Of a DNA stretch of 55,953 bases, positions 12,807 through 24,175 are shown piece after piece. The stretch comes from Octopus bimaculoides. Taxonomy: Eukaryota. The translations under genes were made by a program, and so were the position numbers. The stretch's first letter is position 1; each line of letters starts with the position of its first letter. The DNA lies in NCBI RefSeq assembly GCF_001194135.2, contig NC_068994.1, forward strand, positions 14,885,047-14,940,999. The letters run 5' to 3'. The notes below the pieces were generated by a model. The model saw only the letters and a list, made by a program, of their open reading frames with translations, was not told the DNA's origin and searched no databases.

Positions 12807-13072
12807 TCATCATCATCATCGTCGTCGTTTAACGTCCGCTTTCCATGCTAGCATGGGTTGGACGATTTGACCAAGGACTGGTGAAACTAGATGGCAACAC
12901 CAGGCTCCAATCTGATTTGGCAGAGTTTCTACGGCTGGATGCCCTTCCTAACACCAACCACTCAGAGAGTGTAGTGGGTGCTTTTACGTGTCACCTGCAC
13001 GAAGGCCAGTCAGGCGGTACTAGCAACGGCCACGTTCAAGATGGTGTATTTTATGTGCCACCTGCACAAGAG
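12807..13072 (-). mobile_element. SINE D, cut by an assembly gap
   Basis: Near-identical to 14185-14400 and 18951-19306. Confidence 0.92.
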
Positions 13073-13413
13073 NNNNNNNNNNNNNNNNNNNNNNNNNNNN
13101 NNNNNNNNNNNNNNNNNNNNNNNNNNNNNNNNNNNNNNNNNNNNNNNNNNNNNNNNNNNNNNNNNNNNNNNNNNNNNNNNNNNNNNNNNNNNNNNNNNNN
13201 NNNNNNNNNNNNNNNNNNNNNNNNNNNNNNNNNNNNNNNNNNNNNNNNNNNNNNNNNNNNNNNNNNNNNNNNNNNNNNNNNNNNNNNNNNNNNNNNNNNN
13301 NNNNNNNNNNNNNNNNNNNNNNNNNNNNNNNNNNNNNNNNNNNNNNNNNNNNNNNNNNNNNNNNNNNNNNNNNNNNNNNNNNNNNNNNNNNNNNNNNNNN
13401 NNNNNNNNNNNNN
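13073..13413. other. Assembly gap (N run); other gaps at 643-652, 8500-8537, 31856-32084, 39195-39480, 51487-51891, 53118-53127
   Basis: Seen directly. Confidence 0.99.
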
Positions 13414-13820
13414 TTTTTTTTTTGTAACAATCAACAATTGTAAAAATGGCTCATTGAATGTATATGTGCAAATATATTTAGTGTTTGTTTACATCTGATT
13501 TTACGTGCAGGTTACAGGGTGTATATGAGAAGGGAGCGCTTAGTGTTGCACCCGCCCACCCACTCCCGACCCCCCCACTTGCAAATTAGATTGAATGCTA
13601 AAAATAGAAAGCAGGTAGCTACATTTAGCTATGTTGCTGACTATGACAAGTAGAGGCTGATTGATATTCAGTCTGACAAGTAATGGCAGTGTTTGATCAA
13701 CTGGTCATTTTAGCCCCTAGATCAATCAATCATTTTGCATCTTAACCACTTTGGATGCTGATATATTCATTTGACTGACAGATTCATAGATTTTAAAGTA
13801 ACCAGTTTGCAATCAGTGGT

Positions 13821-14485
13821 TTGACACTTTTGATACCAACCTGCCCAAGACTGCCGCCCTGGTTTTGTGATATAAAGTGCTTGTTTTCACCCTTTAGTAT
13901 TCAAGCCTGCCATATGAGGCCAAAATATTCTTATTTATGTTCAAACTGGCCAGATCAGGCCTCTCACACCTACCCTACAATGTCACTTTAAAAATAAACA
14001 ATCGCATCATTGAAATCTCAGAGCTACAAGATAATGTATGATAAATCCAAAACTGCGTGAATAAATAAGCATTAACATCTGACAGAGCAATCTGAAAGCT
14101 AAAGGGTTAAAATGATCTAAATAAAAAGTCTTTCATCAAAATTTCATGTTAAATCGTGTTCCAAACACCAGGTTTGACAAAGTTCATCATCATCATTTAA
14201 CGTCCGCTTTCCATGCTAGCATGGGTTGGACGATTTGACTGAGGACTGGTGAACCAGATGGCTACACCAGGCTCCAATCTGATTTGGCAGAGTTTCTACA
14301 GCTGGATGCCCTTCCTAACGCCAACCACTCCGAGAGTGTAGTGGGTGCTTTTACATGTCACCCGCACGAAGGCCAGTCAGGCGGTACTGGCAACGGCCAC
14401 ATTTTACTAAATTCTTCATCATTTTCAAAATTGATTAAAACAAAGGCGGTGTATTTCTACAGAAACATGGTAACGAAAGGGTTAA
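13821..14485 (+). mobile_element. MITE E3 containing nested MITE E1 (13890-14106) and SINE D (14185-14400)
   Basis: E3 ends TTGA-CACTTTTGATACC / GGTAACGAAAGGG-TTAA; E1 TIR CCCTTTAG / CTAAAGGG with TTCA/TTAA flanks. Confidence 0.85.
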
Positions 14486-14659
14486 ATTAGCTATTCAGAA
14501 AATACCACTTGAGCATAACAACTAAGTTTAAAGATATCAAGTAAAAAGTCAAAAGCAGAGGTGAATTACAATTTCAAAGCTAACATTATCCAGCAATGTT
14601 AGCATAGCTTCATTACTAAAATGTTATTCTCTAAAATCAGAAAAGCAAAATAAGTTCAC

Positions 14660-14821
14660 CTCATTCACTTAAACAGCCAAGTTGAATATTCTTTATCAGA
14701 TAATTAGCAAGATATGCTACCATGAAATATCTTAGAAAATCCCTGAGTGATCTGAAAGCTATAATTTTAAGGTTGGCATTTGCTACAACACCCCCAAGAG
14801 GTTGCAGGTGTAAATCCTGAC
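14660..14821 (-). CDS. Candidate exon (GQDLHLQPLGGVVANANLKIIAFRSLRDFLRYFMVAYLANYLIKNIQLGCLSE*)
   Basis: Long polypyrimidine acceptor ...CTTTTCACCTTATTCTCCCAG|G; only the phase-1 frame stays open across the exon; weak donors at 14669 (TAA|GTGAAT) or 14660 (GAG|GTGAAC). Confidence 0.4.
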
Positions 14822-15800
14822 CTGGGAGAATAAGGTGAAAAGAGAAAGAGAAAAACAAAAAAGTAGTAAACCCTTTAGGTTAAAAAAGCCACCAAAATAA
14901 CTTTATCCTCTACCAAATAATTCAAACCTCAACACGATCATCATCATCATCATCATTATCAACACCATCATGGTTTGTTTTATATCTATTTTTGCAACAA
15001 TGTTGGAGTAGAACATCAGGATTAGCTTTCTCTAACTAGTTTCTTTGTTTTTGTTTTACTCCTTACATGCAACCAGCCCAAACTACCCAATTTTTTTTTA
15101 TATTTTATATCTTTCTTAGTGTAAATTCTACTTTGATTGCTATCTGCTGCTAACTTGTAGTCTCTTTTAACATTTTCATTTTCTCTTCTCAACAATCAGA
15201 AAGACGTATTTAGTTCACCTATATACATGGGTCAAAGAATGTAATGATACAGGCTGTGTTATAAAGTGCCTATATATTTTCACTCAAACCCAAATGTTAT
15301 AAACACACGCTCTCTATCCTATCCACTTTCTAGCTAGTAAAATGAAGGTGCAATGTTAACTAACTAAATAAAACATTATGCTAGCTATTCATGATAGACA
15401 GGTCATGTTATTTAACATGTTTGCTCATGTAACTATTTAATTTAACCTAGACAAAAGATGACTGCCAAATACTACATCAAGCATGTTCTAATACTGTTAA
15501 TTTCTTACAAAGACAGCAAGCAGACAAAATCATAAGAGCACCAGAAAAAAAATGTATTCTTGTATTTGTTCTAGATTTTTACATTTTGGGATCAAATCCT
15601 GTTTTGGTCAACTTTGCCATTCATCCCCTCTGGAGTCAAAAAAATAAGTAACAGTCAAATACTGAAATCATTGGCATTGATTACTCACCCACTCCTCAAA
15701 ATTACTAACCTTGTGTCTAAATTAGAAATGATTATTAATTTCTTACAAAAGATACTTCAAAATAGTTCTTTCTAAGCTGTGCTGAAGTTCATTCATATCT

Positions 15801-16020
15801 TTAATCCTTTAGCATTCAGATAACTGTCAAATGCAATGCTTATTTATTCATATTGTTTCAAATTAATCCTGCATTATCTTGTGGTTCTGAGATTTCAATG
15901 ATGTAATTTCTTAATATCAGAATAACCTTGTAGGGTAGGTGTGAGAGGCTGGATATAGCCAGTTTGAACATAAAAGAATATTAGGGGTGGAAATGGCCAG
16001 CTTAAATGCTAAAGAGTTAA
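15801..16020 (-). mobile_element. TTAA-flanked MITE E1
   Basis: TTAA-TCCTTTAGCATT...AATGCTAAAGAG-TTAA; reverse complement of the 13890-14106 and 41602-41828 copies. Confidence 0.88.
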
Positions 16021-16568
16021 ACCTTTTGTTAACATATGCTGCCTTTGTTACAATGAATTTTTTAATAATTAAAGAATTTAGTAAAATAACCCTAATTATT
16101 AAGCTGGAGCCTGGAACATCATCATCATTTAACGTCCGCTTTCCATGTTAGCATGAGTTGGACGATTTGACTGAGGACTGGTGAAACCGGATGGCAGCAC
16201 CAGCCTCCAATCTGATTTGGCAGAGTTTCTACAGCTGGATGCCCTTCCTAACACCAACCACTCAAAGAGTGTAGTGGGTGCTTTTATGTGCCACTGGCAC
16301 GAAGGCCAGTCAGGAGGTACTGGCAATGGCCATGCTCGAAATGGTGTATTTTACGTGCCAACTGCACAGGAGCCAGTCCAGCGGTACTGGCAACGAACTC
16401 ACTCGAATGTCTTTTCACATGCCACTGGCACAAGTGCCAGGAAGGCGACGTTGGTAACGGTCAGCATAAAATTTTGATGGAAGACTATAATTTAGACCAC
16501 TTTAAAACAGTAAGTTTATGTCACAGAACTTGGGGCGGTCACAAGTAGGTTGGTATCAAAAGGTTTAA
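16017..16568 (-). mobile_element. MITE E3 with nested SINE D (16117-16462)
   Basis: The two halves join into a copy homologous to 8077-8310; ends GGTATCAAAAGGT-TTAA. Confidence 0.85.
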
Positions 16569-17371
16569 GCTTCTAGTTTTGTTTGTCATGCATTTACAGT
16601 CCTCAGTACAATGCTGTGTATGACCTAAGTTATGTGAGACAGCATTATTCCTCACCTGAGATCAATGTACGCAATCAACTCTGTTTCCCCCCATAACAAG
16701 AAGATTTATTAACTGATTGTGTCTCAGTTTGAACCACTTTAACATATACAAATATGCTGGAGGTAAAGACAAAGAATGTGTAACAAAGGGTTATAACTTC
16801 CATATAAGTGAAAAGCAATGTAAAACCGTACAGACTGAACACCATAAACAATGCTGAGTTAATATTATAACAAAGGAGCCAAGTGTTGTTACCATATAAA
16901 TTATGTTTGTCTACCAAAAAACATAGCCCACAACAAAAAAAACACAGCCCACAACAAAAACAACTGTTGCTAAAGTTATGCCATGAGTTGTACACTCAAT
17001 AAGCACAATAAGGTAGGCAAATAACTTTTTCATAGGAAAATAACGATATAGCAGAACGTATTCATTATATTGACTTTTCTAAACCATGTTTTTTGTAAGA
17101 TAAAAAAAAAAAAAAATGTGGAAAAAAAAAAGAAAAAAGAAAAGTAACAGTTGATCTTGAAATGCACTATCTTACTTGATATCAATGAAAAACTATGACT
17201 AAGTGCAACTTCACAAGGTAGTAAAAGTTAAAAGAAAGAAAAGGAAAAAAATCAAAAGCTACTGGCTGGCTAAGATTGGCATGACTGATAACATTTGAAC
17301 AACTATTTTTATCTGAGCTTACATGAATACAAATTAATTCAATGCAGCTTTTTTGAGGTGAACAAACTATC

Positions 17372-17402
<31 letters not shown>

Positions 17403-18599
17403 CTGTGTAGAGAGTTAATAGTCACTTATATTGTTTGAAAATAATGTTTACCATCACAAAAATAGCAAATGATGTAGGGACTGCTGAAGTCCAGCAGTTG
17501 ACAGATTTGATAAATCACTCCCAAGACAAACTGACAAACATAATTTATATGGGTAACAGTACTGTATACATGATTGATCCACTTGGCTTCTTTGTTATGA
17601 TATTAAATCAGTTTTGTTTATGGTGTAACAGCTATAATAGGTGGGGGGGGGATCTAAAGCAAAAACTCTGAAGAACAAAATGAAAACAAAAAAAAAAACA
17701 TTGTTTTTCTTTTTAGCAGTACTTGGTAGCTTCTTGCACCATTTCTCAACAGAATAAAATGTTATATAGTAAGTAAGTATGTTATATATTGTTATATAAG
17801 TAAATTTATTTATAAGCATATCAATTTCAGTGACAGTCACCTTGGCTTCTGATCAAAACTAATGAATATTAGTAAATTAATATTCATTACAGTATGATAA
17901 AACTGTAATTAGATTACACTTATAAAATTACTTACAATGCACAAGCCATCAGACAGACTTTTCAGATGAACATAAATTTAAATTAGATAAACTAACTTAA
18001 CCTCTTGTGGGAAACGGAGTCACTTTAACAAAGAACTGTTTAACAATGTAGCTCTTTTCATTTCCCATCCACAAAACCTCAAATAGCTTCACACTCAACC
18101 TAGCAGTACTAAATGTGTTTTTGTTCCATTTATTGACTACTACTACTACTACTACTACTACTACATACCCCTCATACACTTACATCAGACTTGTCCAACA
18201 AGGCAAGAGGATAAGAAATGCTACATTACTAATGAAACATTTACAAAAACAAAGTAATCTGATGGCTGTTGCTATTGTCAGATCAGGCCTCATTGATTAA
18301 ACTTATCAATCAAAGGTGTTCAATTTGCGACCAGTCCCCATCTTTTCATATACCAGGACTATATTGTTTAATGTATGCTTGTTTAAGACAATGCTATTAT
18401 ATTTAAGACAACAAGGTTTGGTTCAAGGAAAATTTGATTGCTATTTCTAGCATAGAAGCTTCTTCGTTGGCTTGCTGAATGGAATTTGAATGTCAAGCTA
18501 GTTAGATTTTCCGGAATGCTTTGCAACAGCCATTTTAATATGATTTGTTACGAATATTAAATTATGTTGATTGAAAACCAAAACCACAATTTCTGCTAG

Positions 18600-18940
18600 G
18601 CCAGAAATGTCACAAGGGCACAGAGACAACAGGTGGACGAGTGTACTTGTTGAACAGTATCATCCATTGAGAGGTCACAGCTCTCATAATATTAACTTGT
18701 GGTTAGAACATCACAGGAAAGAATTGCAAGATGAATTCTTCATGCTGAGCCGAGCAGCAGGAGACCTAGGGGTACATCAAGAGCAAGATGGTTATATAAT
18801 ATCTGTAGTCACAGTTTGTTGTGCTTGAGAATCCAGCAGGAGATGAGGTTGTTTCTGATAGGATCCTACGGAGATGCTAGACGACTCTACTCTCACAACT
18901 CCCAAGAATAGTGGGCAGAGAAGATGAATGAATGTAGAGA
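18600..18940 (+). mobile_element. Possible decayed RTE-like LINE 3' relic
   Basis: Peptide GHRDNRWTSVLVEQYHPLRG resembles the RTE C-terminal GH..D.RWT..V.EW.P motif; ends near GAATGAATG. Confidence 0.35.
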
Positions 18941-18950
18941 TACTTAGCAA

Positions 18951-19306
18951 CATCATCATCATCATCATCGTTTAACGTCCGCTTTCCCTGCTAGCATGGG
19001 TTGGACGATTTGACTGAGGACTGGTGAACCAGATGGCTACACCAGACTCCAATCTGATTTGGCAGAGTTTCTACAGTTGGATGCCCTTCCTAATGCCAAC
19101 CACTCCGAGAGTGTAGTGGGTACTTTTACGTGCCACCGGCACCAAGGCCAGTCAGACAGTACTGGCAACGGCCACGCTCAAAATGGTGTATTTTATGTGC
19201 CACCTGCACAAGAGCCAGTCCAGTGGCACTGGCAACGATCTCACTCGAATGACTTTTCACGTGCCACCGGCACAAGTGCCAGGAAGGCGATGCTGGTAAC
19301 GATCAC
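18951..19306 (-). mobile_element. SINE D, long copy with three approximately 60-bp 5' modules
   Basis: Direct homology to other D copies; internal repeat units visible. Confidence 0.92.
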
Positions 19307-19659
19307 ATTATGAAAATAAGAGCAAAAGTAGAAAAAGAAGTACAGAATATATTAAAAAAAATAAAAACACAAAAACAAGGGCTCCTATAATTATCTCAGT
19401 TTCTTGGAAATCATCGTTAAGTAAATGATATATGCTAGAGGAAACAAACAGGCAATAATTGTATATTTTAAAAACTGCATCAAGTGAATGCAGAAAAATC
19501 TTGTTTCCTTACTAGTACATATATTCTTGGATAACATTCCTACTGCTCTGAATGTCTGACTGTTCTGAGAGAGAATACAATTCACCGATACAAATGAATG
19601 CACAGATAAATAAATTTTTGCTTATAGATAAGTTCATGGTGGTGGTGATAATAATAATG

Positions 19660-19865
19660 GTTTCAAATTTGGGGACAAAGTCAGCAATTTCAGGGGAGGG
19701 AGTAAGTTGATTACATTGACCCCATTGCTCTACTGGTACTTATTTATCAACCCCGAAAGGGATGAAGGGCAAAGTCAACCCGCAGCGGCATTTGAATTTA
19801 GAATGTAAAGACGGACAAAATGCCACTAAACATTTTGCCTGCCATGCATACAATTCTGCCAGCTA
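19660..19865 (-). mobile_element. SINE C; further diverged C copies at about 20900-21093 (-), 23765-23968 (-), 26800-26998 (-), 45446-45655 (+), 47901-48125 (+), 48455-48620 (-)
   Basis: Deu/Nin-like core and head motifs in each. Confidence 0.85.
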
Positions 19866-20589
19866 GTCAATAATAATAATAATGATGATAAAAAAATGAA
19901 ATAAAGACATGATGAAAAGAAAAGAAGGAAAGTAGTGCCCATGATCCTTTTGCAGGACCATCAAAACTGGTGGAAAGGCTGGAGCTATCCTCAAACCAGC
20001 AACCTGACCCAAATACTTACAACAGAGGAACTAATTAGCAAATATCCAAAGAATCAAAATTTAGCAACATCTATTGATGGAGTGTTATCTTAATTATGCA
20101 GTTAATATTGACAGAGATTCGTTGCAAATATTAAAAAAAAAAAAAAATTTTCTTTCAAGTGAGTTTTCTTCATACACTTAACAATTTAGATGTAGTAAAT
20201 TGAGTAAAAGAATAACAGTGACTAAATTATATTTTGAGGCTAAACCAATGTCATGTATCTAATTTCAACCAAATAAAGTGCTTTCATTTTTGCAAAATTA
20301 TTCCTTCATTTCTGCCAAACACTCTCAGATCTGCTGTGCAGAAGTCATCAGCAAAGTAACAATAGTCACCAAAATTGCAAATGCGCTCAAATGTAATGTA
20401 GTAAGTGGTACACAAGAAAGAAAAAAAATTCAACAAAGTTAAAAGGATTTTGTTTCCTTTAAAACTTATTTTTCTCATATTTTTGAAAGAAACTTCTTTT
20501 TTTTTTTCCCTATGAATACAAATAGCTGCTATTAAAAGGCCTGGACTGGAGTGAATTAACTGCTGTTATTATAAAGAATGTTGGAAAGA

Positions 20590-20620
<31 letters not shown>

Positions 20621-21490
20621 GAAATCCAAAGATTATGTTACTGATGAAATGATAGTGCAATAAACCACAAAAGGCCAAGTTTGATCTCAATCCTATAGCA
20701 TCCAGCAAAATTACCAGCATCACTGTCAAAGAAATACCATTTTATCATTGACATCACTGTTTTATTGTTCACTTTTCCATACTTAAATAGGTCAGATAGA
20801 GTTTATTGAAGCAAATTTCCTATGGCTGGATGCCCTACCTTCACCTGTTTTCAAGCGAGGTAATATTTCCCCCATGCTTAGGCATGTTCTCACAAAGCAT
20901 TTGTTTCAAATTTTAGCACAAAGCCAGCAAGTTTGGTGGATGGGGTAAGTTGATTACATCAACTCCTATGCTCAACTGGTATTTATTCTATTGACCCTCA
21001 AAAGGATGAAAGGCAAAGTCAATCCTGGTAGCATTAGAATGGACAAAATGCAATTAAGCATTTTGCCTGATGCGCTAACCATTCTGCCAGCTTGCTGCTT
21101 TATGTTCTCACAAAAAATTTTGGAAATGAATTACATGCTTGTATGACAGCGACACTAATTTACAACTATGTCAAGACAAAGAAGTACAAACTCACACACA
21201 CACATAATATTTTTATTTGTGCTGTTAAATGTTTTAATTCTTTCTGTTTTCCTCGCATACTGTTATCTTGGTGCGCTACGGTGGATTAATTTAAGACTTA
21301 GCTCTTATTTCTAGCAGGTAGATGCTCGTTAAGCATCATTACGCTTCGTGCAAATTTATAATTCATAGCTATTTAATGCTACTGCACCTGCGATCCACCT
21401 ATGTCACTGCTGGTGATATCATCAATTTTAAAATTTATCCACAGATGATATGACATCTGATTTCAAATCTCAGTGTTTGAATGTTTCATT

Positions 21491-21532
<42 letters not shown>

Positions 21533-21799
21533 ATGGTGCTGGTCAGCTTGGGACCACAGTAGAAGATACTTGCCTAAGGTGCCAAACAACTAGGTGGTTG
21601 AGAAGCAAACTGAACTACACAGACATTTTGTGCCTATACTTGTCATATTTGAATAGCTGTTATTGTTAGTGTTGTTCAAGTGCATTAGCTACAGAGGACT
21701 AAGAACTACATCATCTAACATCTTTTTTTCTTCTAAAATGCTAAGATGACATTTGGTCGATATTTATTTGCAGCTCATAAACAAGGGATGCATTTGCAT

Positions 21800-22035
21800 T
21801 GTCACCACATCAAAAGCACCCATACCAGAGCCATGTTAACAGAACTCGTGCTAGAAGCATCCATACCAGTGCACTCTATAAAGAGGTTGGTGTTAGGAAG
21901 GGCATCCAGCCATAGGAACCATGCCAAAACAGACGACTGGTGTTTTGTGCAGCCATCTGGCTTGCCAGCTCCTGTTGAACCATCCAACTGATGCCAGCAT
22001 GAAGAATGGTCATTAAATGATGAGGAGGAGGATGA
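21800..22035 (+). mobile_element. SINE D, diverged; other remnants at about 31040-31190 and 31320-31430
   Basis: TTAGGAAGGGCATCCAG motif and GAT-rich tail. Confidence 0.75.
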
Positions 22036-22243
22036 TACTCATTTTATTTTTATAGTTAGACACCCATTGTACTTAAACATGAAGATTTTTCTTCTCCAGA
22101 TAGCTTAAATGGGATGGCAGAAATGTGAATTTAATTGAGTATTGTAACTGTATTAAGAGGTGTAATTGCAGCTTGTCTATTTTACAGAGCTGTAAACAGT
22201 AAATTCAAATTATCTATGTATCAATGTTAAACGGTTTAACATC

Positions 22244-22246
<3 letters not shown>

Positions 22247-22321
<75 letters not shown>
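22247..22321. repeat. (GA)n microsatellite
   Basis: Seen directly. Confidence 0.98.
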
Positions 22322-22325
<4 letters not shown>

Positions 22326-22380
22326 GAAATTGGAACATTTAAAAAGACAAAAAAAAACCCCAAAAAATAATTTAATTTAC

Positions 22381-22465
22381 CTCCATCATCAATCAAACGC
22401 ATCTGTATAAGGGCCGGATCTTCATTATGTGCTTCAAGTACAGTATCGTCTGTGACAGCCAAAGT
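22381..22465 (-). CDS. Internal coding exon candidate, phase 0 to 1 (TLAVTDDTVLEAHNEDPALIQMRLIDDG-G)
   Basis: Acceptor CTGTTTGTTTGTTTTGCAG|, donor GAG|GTAAAT, 85 nt, single open frame, protein-like composition in unique DNA; homology not recognised. Confidence 0.7.
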
Positions 22466-23188
22466 CTGCAAAACAAACAAACAGTAATTCCATCAAAACC
22501 ACAATTATTCATGAATACGGCATTTATCATTCACAGAAACTATAAATACGACAAACAGGCAATCCTCCCTGGGAAGAATAAAGTTTCTAAATGTTCAGAG
22601 AAATTCAAAGGATTGCTTTGATCCAGTGATAAAATGCCTGTCATGTTTACAGGAGATGTGGGTTCAAGTCACATGGGAAACTTTCTTTTTTCTATCCAAA
22701 GGGTTTTTTTTTTTTTAAATATTTACACACTTCTATTTATAGGTTTATTTGCTTTGAAATCTACTGTTCCAAAAATAAAAAATTATAAATAACACAGTTA
22801 GTGAAAAAAGAAAATGGTTACACTAATACATTAATTAGAGTAACTGAAAAAAAAACGGTTTAATACTTTAAATGCAATCCATATTTAAAAAAAAAAAACA
22901 TGATAAAAATACAAACTCAAATCTTTTTTTTGTTTTTTTTATAAGTTAGATGTTGATGAGGTGTAATGCTCATGAGGTGTGCAGGCCCACCCTGACTGGT
23001 GAAATTAATGCAGCTGATACCAGCTTGAACATCTGCAAGTAAATATGTACAGGAAAAATATAGAGTGTGGTGGGGAATAGGAGTCCGGTCTAAGAGCTTT
23101 CAACAGAATGAACAGAACCAAGGGCCAGGTGGTGAAGTTACACCATGCAGCATGTTGGGTTTTCTTCTATTTGTTTTCTCATTGGGCT

Positions 23189-23641
23189 CCCTATTGAGAC
23201 CAACACACCTCAGACTGCTTCTGCCTAGTTCTATAATACTAATTTCTTGTTTTAACCCTTTTGTTACCAACCCGGCTGAAACCGGCTCTGGCTCTGAGTA
23301 CAAATGTCTTGTTTTCATAAGTTTTGAATTAAAACCTTCCACCAAACTTTAGTCACAATTTATGTTCCTAATACTAGCTTAATGATAACTAAGTTAGTTT
23401 ACCGAATTCTTTGTTATGTTTAAAGTAATTGAAAGAAACACAGAGCATCTCAAAATAAATACAGTAACGAAAGGGTTAAAGTAATCTAGATTAAAACTTT
23501 CCATCGAAATTTCACAATAAATTATGTTCCAAACACTAGTTTAATAATGACAGAGTTATTATACTAAATTTTCATTAATTTCAAAATGAATTGAAACAAA
23601 AGTAGTGTATTTCAAAAGAAATATGGTAATGGAAGGTTTAA
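23189..23641 (+). mobile_element. MITE E3 containing nested MITE E2 (23256-23475, TTAA TSD at 23252-23255 / 23476-23479)
   Basis: E2 TIRs CCCTTTTGTTAC / GTAACGAAAGGG; an uninterrupted E2 lies at 44631-44861. Confidence 0.85.
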
Positions 23642-24083
23642 ATTATACATAATGTAAATATAATTCTAAACAAATTTACTGAATATATTATATGCACCAG
23701 CATGGAGATCTATATTAATTTACCATAATTGTTTGAGCTATACAATATTTTGTAGCTCAAAGAATGGTTTCAAATTTTGGCACCAGGTCAAGAATTTTGA
23801 GGTAGAGGATAAGCCAATTACATTGACCCCAGTACTCAACTAGTACTTATTTTATCAACCCCAAAAGGATAAAAGGTAAAGTCAACCATGGTAGAGCGTG
23901 AACTCAGAATGTAAATGCTGTGGAGCATTTTTCCTGGCATGCAAACGACTCTGCCAGCTCACTGCCTTATGTATCTCAAATATAACAATAATAATCCAGT
24001 CCAGTGTTGCAAGATAACAAAAGCACTTTTTTTTTTTTTCATACAGTAGTCACTAATTACAGTAGTGAATTTTTGGAACCCAC

Positions 24084-24175
24084 CTCACAGTACCTAATTA
24101 AATAGATATGAATGTCGCCATTGTTTTTATCAAAGGCAAAGAGCAGCACTAGTATCAAGATGTCATCTATCAACA
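24084..24175 (-). CDS. Weak candidate exon, phase 1 to 0 (V-LIDDILILVLLFAFDKNNGDIHIYLIRYCE)
   Basis: Donor GAG|GTGGGT; poor acceptor; picked partly because its phases bridge the 25251 and 22465 exons. Confidence 0.2.

Noticed and set aside
12845-13498. ORFs up to 217 aa spanning N runs (also 31755-32224, 39181-39513, 51453-51923)
   Set aside because: They are open only because of assembly gaps.
14661-14663. TGA as selenocysteine
   Set aside because: No SECIS element identified and no selenoprotein context.
16675-16995. 106-aa hydrophobic ORF as a membrane protein
   Set aside because: Composition is typical of antisense AT-rich DNA, its 5' part is a short tandem repeat, and it overlaps an inverted duplication.
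19140-19290. CRISPR-like repeat-spacer array (GTGCC...GGCAC every approximately 60 bp)
   Set aside because: The 'spacers' are homologous to each other, there are no cas genes, and the array is part of a dispersed eukaryotic repeat.
22381-22465. NEDPAL resembling the kinesin-3 LVNLNEDP motif
   Set aside because: Flanking residues do not fit and no motor or FHA exons were found; no symbol assigned.
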